Shown here piece by piece: positions 18,011 to 26,250 of a stretch of 56,442 nt of DNA (position 1 is its first letter; each line of letters begins with the position of its first letter). A program made the position numbers and the translations under genes. The notes below the pieces were generated by a model that did no database searches, had not been told where the DNA came from, and saw only the letters and a program-made list of their open reading frames with translations. Source of the DNA: Minisyncoccia bacterium (lineage in GTDB: Bacteria; Patescibacteriota; Minisyncoccia; Phycocordibacterales; UBA2100); the NCBI GenBank assembly GCA_965659025.1, contig CBFHTW010000001.1:1-56442 (forward strand), in the 5' to 3' direction.

Positions 18011-18415
18011 TTACGTTGCCTTCATATTGGTTTGGAGGTCTTTAAAATCGGCCTCACGCGCCACACGTCTCATTCGCGCAACTTTATACTCTGTGCTGTT
18101 TCGCACGATGTAGAAGTCCCATGCGTCCGGATATCGGACAGATGATTCACTTACACCCATCGCGCGTAGCGTATTGCGTTCCCGCATCATCATTTCCTGC
18201 GCGACGGAAAATCTGGACCACCACGATCCATCGCCTCGCTTCTCATATGCAACGAGGTCGGGATGCCGCCGGCGATTCTCACGGACGCGCCGATTCCATG
18301 CTGCACGTTCGGCATGTTTGCCCACGCGCAGCGCAATCAACACGAGTATCGCTACCAAAAAGATGTATGGGGACACAGAGTTCAGAAACTGCCATGTATA
18401 TTCAAGCGCGGCCAT
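18011..18415 (-). CDS. Hypothetical small membrane protein
   Basis: Start chosen at the ATG at 18415, preceded by AAGGAGGATAC (strong SD). One TM helix (SPYIFLVAILVLIALRV) and a basic C-terminal part. Confidence 0.6.
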   Translation of the reverse strand: MAALEYTWQFLNSVSPYIFLVAILVLIALRVGKHAERAAWNRRVRENRRRHPDLVAYEKRGDGSWWSRFSVAQEMMMRERNTLRAMGVSESSVRYPDAWDFYIVRNSTEYKVARMRRVAREADFKDLQTNMKAT

Positions 18416-18586
18416 GTATCCTCCTTTTTTCAAGTGCCTACCGGCGAGCATACACCCTTGTACGAAAGTAACGCAAGCGGCTTTGCCATGCCTACATTCC
18501 ATACGTCCAACATGTCCGTTTTTTGAAATTATCCGTCCACATTGGCGATTCATGCCAAATGTTGGTGTGGGGGTATACTGGGTGCC

Positions 18587-21500
18587 ATGTCCCGTGCGCA
18601 GTCATTTGTCCATTTGCATACCCACTCGCACTACTCCCTGCTTGAAGCGCTTCCAAAAATTCACGAGCTTGTCGTCACCGCCAAGGCAGATGGCCAGCAG
18701 GCGCTCGCTCTCACCGACACCGGCAACCTCTACGCCGCGATTGATTTTTACAAAGAGGCAAAAAAACACGACATAAAACCCATCATCGGCGTGGATCTCG
18801 CGGTTGCTCCGCACACCAGGCACGACAAAGAACACGGCAAAGACGACCGCGCCAGCCGCGTGGTACTGCTCGCAAAAAACGAAACTGGGTACAAAAATCT
18901 TCTCGCGCTCGTCTCTCGCGCTCATCTTGAAGGATTTCATCATCAGGCACGCGCGGATCGGGAACTTTTGGAACAATACAAAGGGGGACTCGTGGCGATT
19001 CTTCCGGCATACCATGGCGAGGCGGCCACAGACGTGCGAGACGGCCAAAGAGAAAAAGCTCGCGAATCATACGCGTGGTATCGCTCTCTCTTTGGCGATG
19101 ATGTATACCAAGAAATAACGCGGCACCCCGAGTCGCCGAGTCACGAAAGTGCCATGCGCGCTCTTCTCACCTTTGCGCGCGAGTGCGGTGTGCCGCTTCT
19201 TGCCGCGCACGAAAGCTACTACCTACAGCCCGACGACGCACTCGCGCGCGAACTCGTCAACAAAATCCGCACCGGCTCCACTCTAAGCAGAGAATTCGGC
19301 GGCGCGGGGACGTTTGACCTCTCTTTCATCTCACAAGAGCGCGCACTGGAGCTCTTCGCCGATATGCCGGAGGCGCTAGACAACACGCAAAAAGTCGCCG
19401 ACATGTGCAATCTGGAACTTACGCTCGGCGCGTGGGTGTTTCCGGATTTCCCTATTCCCGCAGGCTCCACGCACGACGAAGAACTGCGCAAAAAGACCTA
19501 CGCTGGTATTGCAAAACGCGGCATGGAGGAAACACCCGCACTGCGTGAGCGTATTGAATATGAACTCGGCGTCATTTGCGGCAAGGGGTACTCGCCGTAT
19601 TTCCTCGTTGTCGCCGACCTGCTCAAACACGCCCGCGAAGCCAACATCTACACCAACACTCGTGGCTCCGCCGCCGGTTCTCTCGTGTCCTATCTCTGCG
19701 GCATCACCACGGTGGATCCCATCAGCTTCAACATGCCCTTTGAGCGTTTTCTCAATCCGGAACGTCCGTCGCCACCGGATATTGACATGGACATCGCCGA
19801 CAATCGTCGCGACGACATGATTGACTACGCGCGCGCGAAGTACGGCGAGGAAAAAGTGGCGCAGATCGGCACCTTCGGCACCATGCTCGCGCGCGCGGCC
19901 GTGCGCGACGTCGCGCGCGCGCTCGGCCATTCATACGGCGTGGGCGACCGCATCGCCAAACTCATTCCATTTCCCAAACAGGGATTCCCCGTGTTTATCA
20001 AAGGCGCACTAGAAGACGTACCCGAGCTGAAGGCACTGTACGAAAGCGACGCCGACGCGCGCGAAATTCTTGATCTCGCACAGCGCATAGAGGGCAACGC
20101 GCGCCACATGGGCGTGCATGCCGCAGGCGTGGTGATCTCTCCGAGCTTGGTTACAGACTATGTCCCCGTGCAAAACGACCCAAAGGGCGGCAAGACAGTT
20201 ACTCAATACGACATGCACGCGGTAGAAGAAGCCGGACTCCTCAAATACGATTTTCTCGGTCTGAAGAATCTCTCCGTTCTTGCAGATGCTGTCGCACGCG
20301 TAGAAAAGCGCCTTGGCGTGAAGGTGGATTTGGACACCGTCCCCTTGGACGACAAAAACGTGTACGCGATGCTCACGCGCGGCGAGACACTCGGCGTCTT
20401 TCAATTCGCCTCTTCAGGCATGACGAGCTATCTGAAGGAACTGCGCCCGACCAGCATACACGATCTCAACGCCATGGTTGCGCTCTACCGCCCGGGCCCG
20501 ATGGCATTTATTCCCGAATACATCAAACGCAAACGCAACCCCGCGTTCGTAAAATATTTGGACCCGCGCATGGAACCAATCCTCAAGCCCACTTACGGCA
20601 TTCTTATCTATCAGGATGACCTTCTGATGATTACGGTGCAACTCGCCGGATACTCGTGGGGCCAAGCCGACAAATTCCGCAAGGCCGTCGGCAAAAAGAT
20701 TCCGGAAGAAATGGCGAAGCAAAAAACGCCGTTTATTGAAGGATGCATCAAGCACGGCATGAAGGAGTCCGTCGTACACACGCTGTGGGAACAAATAGAA
20801 ACATTCGCCGCGTACGGCTTCAACAAAGCGCACGCTGTTTCCTACGGCGGCCTCGCCTACAAGACCGCCTACATGAAAGCCAATTTTCCGGTGGACTACA
20901 TGGCGGCCGTGCTCACCGCCGACGCGGGTGATGTAGAAAAGATTTCTGACATCGTCGCGGAATGCACCCGCATGGGAATCTCCGTATTGCCGCCGGATGT
21001 CAACGCGAGCTTCGGCAATTTCACCGTTACAGAACATTTGACGCCAAGCAACTTCGGAGGACCCTCGCAGCCCGACGGGGCGAGAGTGAGTGCCGCGCTA
21101 GCAGGCGCGGACACGACCTCCGAAGTTGCTGTGCTCCATAGTTCTACAATTCGCTTCGGTTTGTACTCCATCAAAAATTTCGGCACAGGAGTCGCCGATG
21201 AAATCATCACCGCGCGAGAAAAAGGCGGGGCGTTTTCCTCCATCACCGACTTTTGCACGCGGGTGGACAGTAAAAATCTCAACAAAAAGGCATTTGAGGC
21301 GCTCATCAAATCCGGCGCATTGGATTCGCTCGGTGAGCGCGGCGAACTTCTCGCCAACATAGACACGCTTCTGCAGTACCGAAAAGAAAGCGGCGCGCAA
21401 AGCGGCACCGCATCACTCTTCGGCACTCTAAGTGCCGCGCCAGCGAGCGCCATGCGCCTTACTCCCGCACCGCCGGCAGGACAAGACGAACGCCTCGCGT

Positions 21501-21856
21501 GGGAAAAAGAGTTGCTCGGTCTCTACGTATCCGGCCACCCGCTTGATAAACACCGCGAGAAACTCTCCGCACAAAAGGTGAGTATCAGGGCGACCGTTGC
21601 CAACCTCAAAGGCGTGGAAACGGTCATCGCGGGGTTCATAGAAAACCTCCAAACAATTCTTACCAAAAATGGCGAGCGTATGGCGTTTATGCGCTTGGCC
21701 GATCTCTCCGGAAGCGTGGAGGCAGTCGCCTTTCCGCGCACTCTAAAAGAGTTTGGGACAATGCTTACGCCGGGACAATGCGTGATGCTAAAGGGGCGCA
21801 TATCAGAACGCAAGGGCGAGCCGTCGTTTGTGATTAACAAAGTGAAGTTGTTGTGA
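18587..21856 (+). CDS. dnaE: DNA polymerase III subunit alpha
   Basis: PHP domain start FVHLHTHSHYSLLEA, polymerase core and a C-terminal OB fold. The ATG at 18587 is preceded by TATACT plus 7 nt. Confidence 0.95.
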   Translation: MSRAQSFVHLHTHSHYSLLEALPKIHELVVTAKADGQQALALTDTGNLYAAIDFYKEAKKHDIKPIIGVDLAVAPHTRHDKEHGKDDRASRVVLLAKNETGYKNLLALVSRAHLEGFHHQARADRELLEQYKGGLVAILPAYHGEAATDVRDGQREKARESYAWYRSLFGDDVYQEITRHPESPSHESAMRALLTFARECGVPLLAAHESYYLQPDDALARELVNKIRTGSTLSREFGGAGTFDLSFISQERALELFADMPEALDNTQKVADMCNLELTLGAWVFPDFPIPAGSTHDEELRKKTYAGIAKRGMEETPALRERIEYELGVICGKGYSPYFLVVADLLKHAREANIYTNTRGSAAGSLVSYLCGITTVDPISFNMPFERFLNPERPSPPDIDMDIADNRRDDMIDYARAKYGEEKVAQIGTFGTMLARAAVRDVARALGHSYGVGDRIAKLIPFPKQGFPVFIKGALEDVPELKALYESDADAREILDLAQRIEGNARHMGVHAAGVVISPSLVTDYVPVQNDPKGGKTVTQYDMHAVEEAGLLKYDFLGLKNLSVLADAVARVEKRLGVKVDLDTVPLDDKNVYAMLTRGETLGVFQFASSGMTSYLKELRPTSIHDLNAMVALYRPGPMAFIPEYIKRKRNPAFVKYLDPRMEPILKPTYGILIYQDDLLMITVQLAGYSWGQADKFRKAVGKKIPEEMAKQKTPFIEGCIKHGMKESVVHTLWEQIETFAAYGFNKAHAVSYGGLAYKTAYMKANFPVDYMAAVLTADAGDVEKISDIVAECTRMGISVLPPDVNASFGNFTVTEHLTPSNFGGPSQPDGARVSAALAGADTTSEVAVLHSSTIRFGLYSIKNFGTGVADEIITAREKGGAFSSITDFCTRVDSKNLNKKAFEALIKSGALDSLGERGELLANIDTLLQYRKESGAQSGTASLFGTLSAAPASAMRLTPAPPAGQDERLAWEKELLGLYVSGHPLDKHREKLSAQKVSIRATVANLKGVETVIAGFIENLQTILTKNGERMAFMRLADLSGSVEAVAFPRTLKEFGTMLTPGQCVMLKGRISERKGEPSFVINKVKLL

Positions 21857-21891
21857 TAGCATAGTACTTGGAAAAAACTGGAGGGATACCA

Positions 21892-22083
21892 ATGATGATC
21901 GCACATGTATTGAAAGTGGCCTCGCGACCCGAGGCCAAATGGGTCAAGCTCAATTGGACCAACAAGATGGTTGGTCCGCATTGGGTGCAGGTACCGCCGG
22001 AATTATTCCAGCACCTGTACGAGGCCGAATCCGACCCGGCTTCCCTGCTCCGCCGCCTGCGTGAGCACTATCGGCGCTACTGA
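21892..22083 (+). CDS. Hypothetical small protein (63 aa)
   Basis: GGAGGG SD 7 nt upstream of the ATG at 21892, and a terminator follows. I recognise no family. Confidence 0.5.
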   Translation: MMIAHVLKVASRPEAKWVKLNWTNKMVGPHWVQVPPELFQHLYEAESDPASLLRRLREHYRRY

Positions 22084-22098
22084 GCGCCCGCGCGTTTC

Positions 22099-22133
22099 AA
22101 GCGGCCCGCCCCACGGCGAGCCGCTTTCTTTTC
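22099..22133 (+). terminator. Rho-independent terminator
   Basis: AAGCGGCCCGCC-CCAC-GGCGAGCCGCTT followed by TCTTTTC. Confidence 0.7.
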
Positions 22134-22161
22134 TAACTCGCTTGTGATGAGGTCCTATTTT

Positions 22162-22190
22162 TTGCCTGACTTACAAGTTCTTGCTACTAT
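22162..22190 (+). promoter_or_regulatory. thrS promoter, TTGCCT-17-TACTAT, with the -10 ending 7 nt before the ATG
   Basis: TTGCCT (22162-22167), a 17-nt spacer, TACTAT (22185-22190), then GTGCACC and ATG at 22198. No SD is present. Confidence 0.55.
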
Positions 22191-22197
22191 GTGCACC

Positions 22198-23454
22198 ATG
22201 ACACAAGATGAAAACATAAAGGACCACGACCACAAGAAACTCGGGCGAGAACTAGACCTTTATTATATTGATGAGATTGTTGGAAAAGGTCTTCCCCTTT
22301 TTACACCCAAAGGATCTGTTATACGTCGCGAGCTTGAACGCTTTATTGTTGATGAAGAAATTAAACGTGGATATTTGCATGTCTATACCCCAGACATCGC
22401 AAAACTAGATTTATATATAAAGTCAGGACACTACCCGCACTATAAGGACTCCATGTATGCGCCTATCGTCATTGATGACGAGCAGTTCATGCTCCGCCCA
22501 ATGACTTGCCCGCATCATTTTCGCCTCTTCCAATCAAAGCCTCATAGTTATCGCGAGCTCCCAATGCGCATAGCTGAACTCGCACAACTCTACCGCTATG
22601 AACAATCAGGTGAATTGATGGGCCTTCAACGTGTGCGCACATTCTGTCTCGCTGACGCACATATTATATGCGCTTCCGAAGAACAGGCGGCGGCGGAGGT
22701 TGGGGAAGCCCTAGACCTCATTGAGTATGTCGCTGGAGTGTTTGGCCTCAAACTCGGTACCGACTATCGCTACCGCCTCTCACTCGGCGATCGCGCAAAC
22801 ACCGAAAAGTACTACAAAAACGATGACGCGTGGGAAAAGAGCGAAGGCCTCCTTCGTACACTCATGCAAAAGCGTGGGTGTCAATTTGAGGAGGCAAAAG
22901 ATGAAGCGGCATTCTACGGCCCCAAGATAGACATCCAGATGAAAAATGTAAATGGCAAGGAGGACACGGCGTTCACTGTGCAGTACGACTTCTGTATGCC
23001 AGATCGTTTTGACATTTCGTATGTGGGGCCAGACGGCACACTCCAACGTGCTTTTGTCGTGCATCGCTCCTCTATCGGCGCGATTGAACGCATCATGGCG
23101 TTTCTTATTGAACATTATGGGGGTGCATTTCCCGTGTGGCTCTCGCCAGTGCAAGTAAAAGTGCTCCCCATATCCGAAAAACACGCCCAATATGCGCAAA
23201 CATGTGTTGAGACACTCAAGGGTGCAAAGGTCCGTGCGGAATGCGATAATTCAAACGAAACCCTCGGCAAAAAGGTGCGCAACGCAAAGACAGAGAAGAT
23301 TCCATATATCATTATTGTGGGCGATGAAGAAATAAAGAACAGCACGGTGTCAGTGGAAAGCCGCGATGACGGCGCGCTTGGCGCGATTGCACTTCCCACG
23401 TTCACCAAACGCATCGGCGAAGAAATCTCATCAAGAAAAGACTCTCCAAGATAA
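22198..23454 (+). CDS. thrS: Threonine--tRNA ligase, catalytic core plus anticodon-binding domain only
   Basis: Begins directly at the class II core (HDHKKLGRELDLY...FMLRPMTCPHH...LQRVRTFCLADAH...). No TGS or N2 editing region. AT-richer than its neighbours. Confidence 0.9.
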   Translation: MTQDENIKDHDHKKLGRELDLYYIDEIVGKGLPLFTPKGSVIRRELERFIVDEEIKRGYLHVYTPDIAKLDLYIKSGHYPHYKDSMYAPIVIDDEQFMLRPMTCPHHFRLFQSKPHSYRELPMRIAELAQLYRYEQSGELMGLQRVRTFCLADAHIICASEEQAAAEVGEALDLIEYVAGVFGLKLGTDYRYRLSLGDRANTEKYYKNDDAWEKSEGLLRTLMQKRGCQFEEAKDEAAFYGPKIDIQMKNVNGKEDTAFTVQYDFCMPDRFDISYVGPDGTLQRAFVVHRSSIGAIERIMAFLIEHYGGAFPVWLSPVQVKVLPISEKHAQYAQTCVETLKGAKVRAECDNSNETLGKKVRNAKTEKIPYIIIVGDEEIKNSTVSVESRDDGALGAIALPTFTKRIGEEISSRKDSPR

Positions 23455-23457
23455 CAA

Positions 23458-23523
23458 TAGGACCTACGCAATTGGATGCAATGAACGAAGCAACGAGGAA
23501 GTGCGCCGATTGCGTAATTCCTA
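23458..23523. repeat. Imperfect inverted repeat in the thrS 3' UTR; the right arm is one copy of a dispersed 26-bp element
   Basis: TAGGACCTACGCAATTGG (23458-23475) pairs with CCGATTGCGTAATTCCTA (23506-23523). 15/18 positions are complementary by eye. Confidence 0.7.
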
Positions 23524-23537
23524 AACGATACACGGCG

Positions 23538-23568
23538 AAACCCCGCCTATACGGCGGGGTTTCTTTTG
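23538..23568 (+). terminator. Rho-independent terminator of thrS
   Basis: AAACCCCGCC-TATAC-GGCGGGGTTT followed by CTTTTG. Confidence 0.8.
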
Positions 23569-23585
23569 ACTTTCTTTTTTGGAGC

Positions 23586-23640
23586 CCTGCCTACCGGCAG
23601 GCAGGCCTGCCTGCCGACAGGCTTGCCTGCGTATGCAGGC
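23586..23640. repeat. Cluster of GC-rich palindromes (CCTGCCTACCGGCAGGCAGG, CCTGCCTGCCGACAGGC, GCCTGC-GTAT-GCAGGC)
   Basis: Lies between convergent gene ends. The first palindrome is 19/20 identical to one at 15233-15252. Confidence 0.7.
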
Positions 23641-23653
23641 ATGCACCCGTCCG

Positions 23654-25141
23654 TTATCCGCGAGAGATAACAATCTTTGTGCCTTCCATCTGCATGGTGT
23701 CGGCAGTCTGTGAGACCGTCGGCACAAATGCTGGCGCAAAGACTGTACGCTGTGTGATAACAGGCTCCTCACGCTGTTCTTTCTTGACAACGGCCGCCAC
23801 TTCCGAAGAAGCCGCAACTGGTGTTACGAAGAGCGGTGATTGTGCCTTGCGCATGGTGGTGCGGCGCGGGAGTGTCCCGGCGAAACCGCCAAGAGCACCG
23901 GCCACAAGACCAAGAGCCGAAGAGCGAGCGTACACGATAAGGTACGCGGCAGAGGCGGCGAAGGCCGCAAGCAATACCCAGTAGAGTGTGTTGCCCACGA
24001 TGCCGAGATCAAAGCCTGTGTACGGCACCGAAGAGAGCGCCACGTACTGAGAGGCAGAAACCTGAAGCGACACACTGCATGTAGCAGAACCGTTCGGGCC
24101 ATACACGGTGAGCGCGTACACGCGGCTTGCCTCTGGCTCTACCGAGAGCGTGCCGGAAGTCTGTACCGCGCCGATGCCGTCGGAAAGCGTTGCGCTTGTT
24201 GCGCCGTAGCTCGTCCAAGAGAGGGTTGCGTTGTCACCATCGCGGATAGCCGTCGGATTGGCAGAGATACTGCACGAAGGCGTCTGGCTTTGGTAATACG
24301 TCGGCTGATACACCGGGTATGTGTTGTTGTAGTTGTACACATACGGGTACGAGGTCTGGTAGTTGGTGTATGTCGTCGGGTACACCGGGTACGTCTGCGG
24401 GTAGGTGTACTGCACGGTGTACTGCGGCGTCGCGTACGCAAGGTGCGTTACATTGGTGTTGCCGCTATTTACCACATTGGTGTTACAGCTGTTGCCTGTG
24501 CATGTGTTGATGACCGAAGAACCACCACCCGTAGGATACGAAGGGTAGCTTGGGTACGAAGGGTAGCTTGGCGTCGTCGGGCGCGCGATCTGCACAGGCT
24601 GTGCGATCTGCACCGGGCGGGCAATGCTCGCCGTGGAGACGCTGTAGCCGTATGACGGTGTGGACACCGAGATCGGCGTGGAGTAGGAGTAGGTCGTGTC
24701 GTAGCCATACGTGTCGGCGTAGCCATCGTAGAAGGACGAGCATGTGTAGCACGAGCCATCTGCGGCGTAGCCGTCAAAGCCATCGTAGGCGTAACCGTCA
24801 AAGCCAGTGCCAGCATATCCGTCGTAGCCATTGTAGGCGTAGCCGTCAAAGCCCGTGCCAGCATATCCGTCGTAGCCATCGTAGGCGTAGCCGTCAAAGC
24901 CCGTGCCCGCATAACCGTCAAAACCATTGTAGGCGTAGCCATCGTAGCCAGAGTAGCCGTCGTAGCCGGAGTAGCCATCGAAGCCGGAGTATCCGTCAAA
25001 ACCGGAATACCCATCAAAGCCCGAGTAGCCGTCAAAGCCACTGTAGCCGTCAAACTCCTGCGCATACGCAATAGGAGCAACTGCAAGTACAGCTACAACC
25101 ACAAGTGCGAGCACATTTCCTTTCGTAATGAGATTTTTCAT
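23654..25141 (-). CDS. Secreted Tyr/Gly/Asp-rich tandem-repeat surface protein with an Ig-like domain, a VPYTG motif and C-terminal TM segments
   Basis: Start at the ATG at 25141 (MKNLITKG...). Signal peptide LAVAPIAYA-QE. 14 [FY]DGY repeat units, then PVQIA x2 and PSY x4 repeats. A beta-rich domain (CSISANPTAIRDGDNATLSWTS...), then LSSVPYTGFD followed by the hydrophobic stretch LYWVLLAAFAASAAYLIVYA. Confidence 0.8.
   Translation of the reverse strand: MKNLITKGNVLALVVVAVLAVAPIAYAQEFDGYSGFDGYSGFDGYSGFDGYSGFDGYSGYDGYSGYDGYAYNGFDGYAGTGFDGYAYDGYDGYAGTGFDGYAYNGYDGYAGTGFDGYAYDGFDGYAADGSCYTCSSFYDGYADTYGYDTTYSYSTPISVSTPSYGYSVSTASIARPVQIAQPVQIARPTTPSYPSYPSYPSYPTGGGSSVINTCTGNSCNTNVVNSGNTNVTHLAYATPQYTVQYTYPQTYPVYPTTYTNYQTSYPYVYNYNNTYPVYQPTYYQSQTPSCSISANPTAIRDGDNATLSWTSYGATSATLSDGIGAVQTSGTLSVEPEASRVYALTVYGPNGSATCSVSLQVSASQYVALSSVPYTGFDLGIVGNTLYWVLLAAFAASAAYLIVYARSSALGLVAGALGGFAGTLPRRTTMRKAQSPLFVTPVAASSEVAAVVKKEQREEPVITQRTVFAPAFVPTVSQTADTMQMEGTKIVISRG
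24755..25054 (-). repeat. In-frame tandem coding repeats (18-nt units, then 24-nt units)
   Basis: Encodes FDGYSG x5, YDGYSG, then eight 8-aa units ([FY]DGYA[YG][NDT]G). These repeats produce the spurious alternative-frame ORFs in the track. Confidence 0.85.
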
Positions 25142-25265
25142 ACGATGTTTGATAAAAATAGTAAAAACAAACACGACCTGATAACGTTGGTAGTATACCA
25201 ATGAAGAAGCCGCGTGTCAAGTGGTGGTAAAACCACTCAACACGCGGCGTATTTTTTCCGAATCG

Positions 25266-25634
25266 CTACTTTTCGGTGCCGACCCAGCAGCCGAGGCGCT
25301 TCGCGATCGGGTCCATCTTCCAGATACCGGGCTTGCCGGTAGTCTGGCCGGTGCACGCGGCACCTTCAACGGCGCCGGCACCGAAGGCAACGACATCTGC
25401 CACTGCCTTTTGGGCGGGTGCAGAGGTCGGAGCCGGGGCCGGAGCTGAGGTGGACGCAGGCGCCGTGACGGGCGGCGGTGTCATCACCGACTCCACCTTT
25501 GTCTTGGTGGCATCGGCGAAGTCCTTGATCGCCGTCGGATTCGCCTTGTAGGCGTAGTAGCCCACATAGACGAGAACGGCGGCGAGGACGACGGCGATGA
25601 TGCCACCAAAAATGATCTTGAATGCTTGGCCCAT
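25266..25634 (-). CDS. Small membrane-anchored protein, paralog 1 of the two-Cys C-terminal module family
   Basis: AGGAGG SD 6 nt upstream. N-terminal TM (IIFGGIIAVVLAAVLVYVGYYAYK), a Pro/Ala/Thr linker, and the C-terminus GAVEGAACTGQTTGKPGIWKMDPIAKRLGCWVG. Confidence 0.75.
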   Translation of the reverse strand: MGQAFKIIFGGIIAVVLAAVLVYVGYYAYKANPTAIKDFADATKTKVESVMTPPPVTAPASTSAPAPAPTSAPAQKAVADVVAFGAGAVEGAACTGQTTGKPGIWKMDPIAKRLGCWVGTEK

Positions 25635-25664
25635 GATTTCCTCCTGGGTTATGGACTGCCTGTG

Positions 25665-25692
25665 AGTATAACAGATAGAATATAAAAGTCAA
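25665..25692 (-). promoter_or_regulatory. Promoter TTGACT-16-TATACT for paralog 1
   Basis: On the minus strand TTGACT (25687-25692) and TATACT (25665-25670), directly after the upstream terminator hairpin. Confidence 0.6.
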
Positions 25693-25718
25693 GGGGCGCG
25701 GATTTTCATCCGCGCCCC
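25693..25718 (-). terminator. Hairpin GGGGCGCGGAT-GAAA-ATCCGCGCCCC
   Basis: 13 nt downstream of the stop of the 4-TM gene. Followed by TTGACTTTTAT on the minus strand. Confidence 0.65.
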
Positions 25719-25730
25719 AGTAAAAAAGAG

Positions 25731-26189
25731 CTACATCCTCGTTTCGCCACGCTCCTTGCCCGCGAAGGCAATGCGTTGCGAGAAGAGTAAGCCCCAGAGA
25801 AGGTCGCTGAGACTGAACGCAGTACACTGCATCAGAATCAGTTTTTCGTTGGCCCCGAGATCCCGAAACCCCGGGAGCAGTAGCAGGAAGAGTCCCGAGA
25901 ATGACGCGACGAGGGCGAGAAGGTTGTCTATGAACCATTGCCCCATGTCGGTTGACTCGCGAGTGCTCGTCCCCCAGAGCTGGACGTTGAAGTAGATGAG
26001 AAGCGGCAGCCACATGAATTTGGCCAACCACCCCATCCCACCATCGCCGATCACGTATTTGAGCACCGGGAAACCAATTCCCAGCATAAATACGATAAGA
26101 ATGCCGGTGGTCACCCAGCTGACGAGCGAGGCGACATCTTCCACATTCCATTCGGAAGTCTCGCCGAAGTAATCTTTACGCTTTGACAT
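25731..26189 (-). CDS. Hypothetical 4-TM integral membrane protein
   Basis: 152 aa with a GGAGGAGGA SD and four hydrophobic segments. I recognise no family. Confidence 0.7.
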   Translation of the reverse strand: MSKRKDYFGETSEWNVEDVASLVSWVTTGILIVFMLGIGFPVLKYVIGDGGMGWLAKFMWLPLLIYFNVQLWGTSTRESTDMGQWFIDNLLALVASFSGLFLLLLPGFRDLGANEKLILMQCTAFSLSDLLWGLLFSQRIAFAGKERGETRM

Positions 26190-26215
26190 TTCTCATCCTC
26201 CTCCTGAAAGGTTGT

Positions 26216-26243
26216 GGGCGGTGCGCACTAGTGCGCACCGCCC
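26216..26243 (-). terminator. Perfect palindromic hairpin GGGCGGTGCGCAC-TA-GTGCGCACCGCCC
   Basis: 8 nt downstream of the paralog 2 stop. No clear T-tract follows. Confidence 0.5.
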
Positions 26244-26250
26244 GTTGGAA

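Noticed and set aside
24469-25086. Alternative-frame ORFs (205 aa minus strand, 174 aa plus strand and others) within the Tyr-rich repeat gene
   Set aside because: They are by-products of the near-perfect tandem DNA repeats, which keep every frame open. Only the [FY]DGY frame is continuous with a signal peptide and the downstream folded domain.
25366-26151. 261-aa minus-strand ORF spanning paralog 1, its promoter/terminator region and the 4-TM gene
   Set aside because: It crosses a terminator hairpin and a promoter and overlaps two ORFs that have strong SDs and sensible TM or signal features. Its translation is Arg/Gly/Pro-rich noise.
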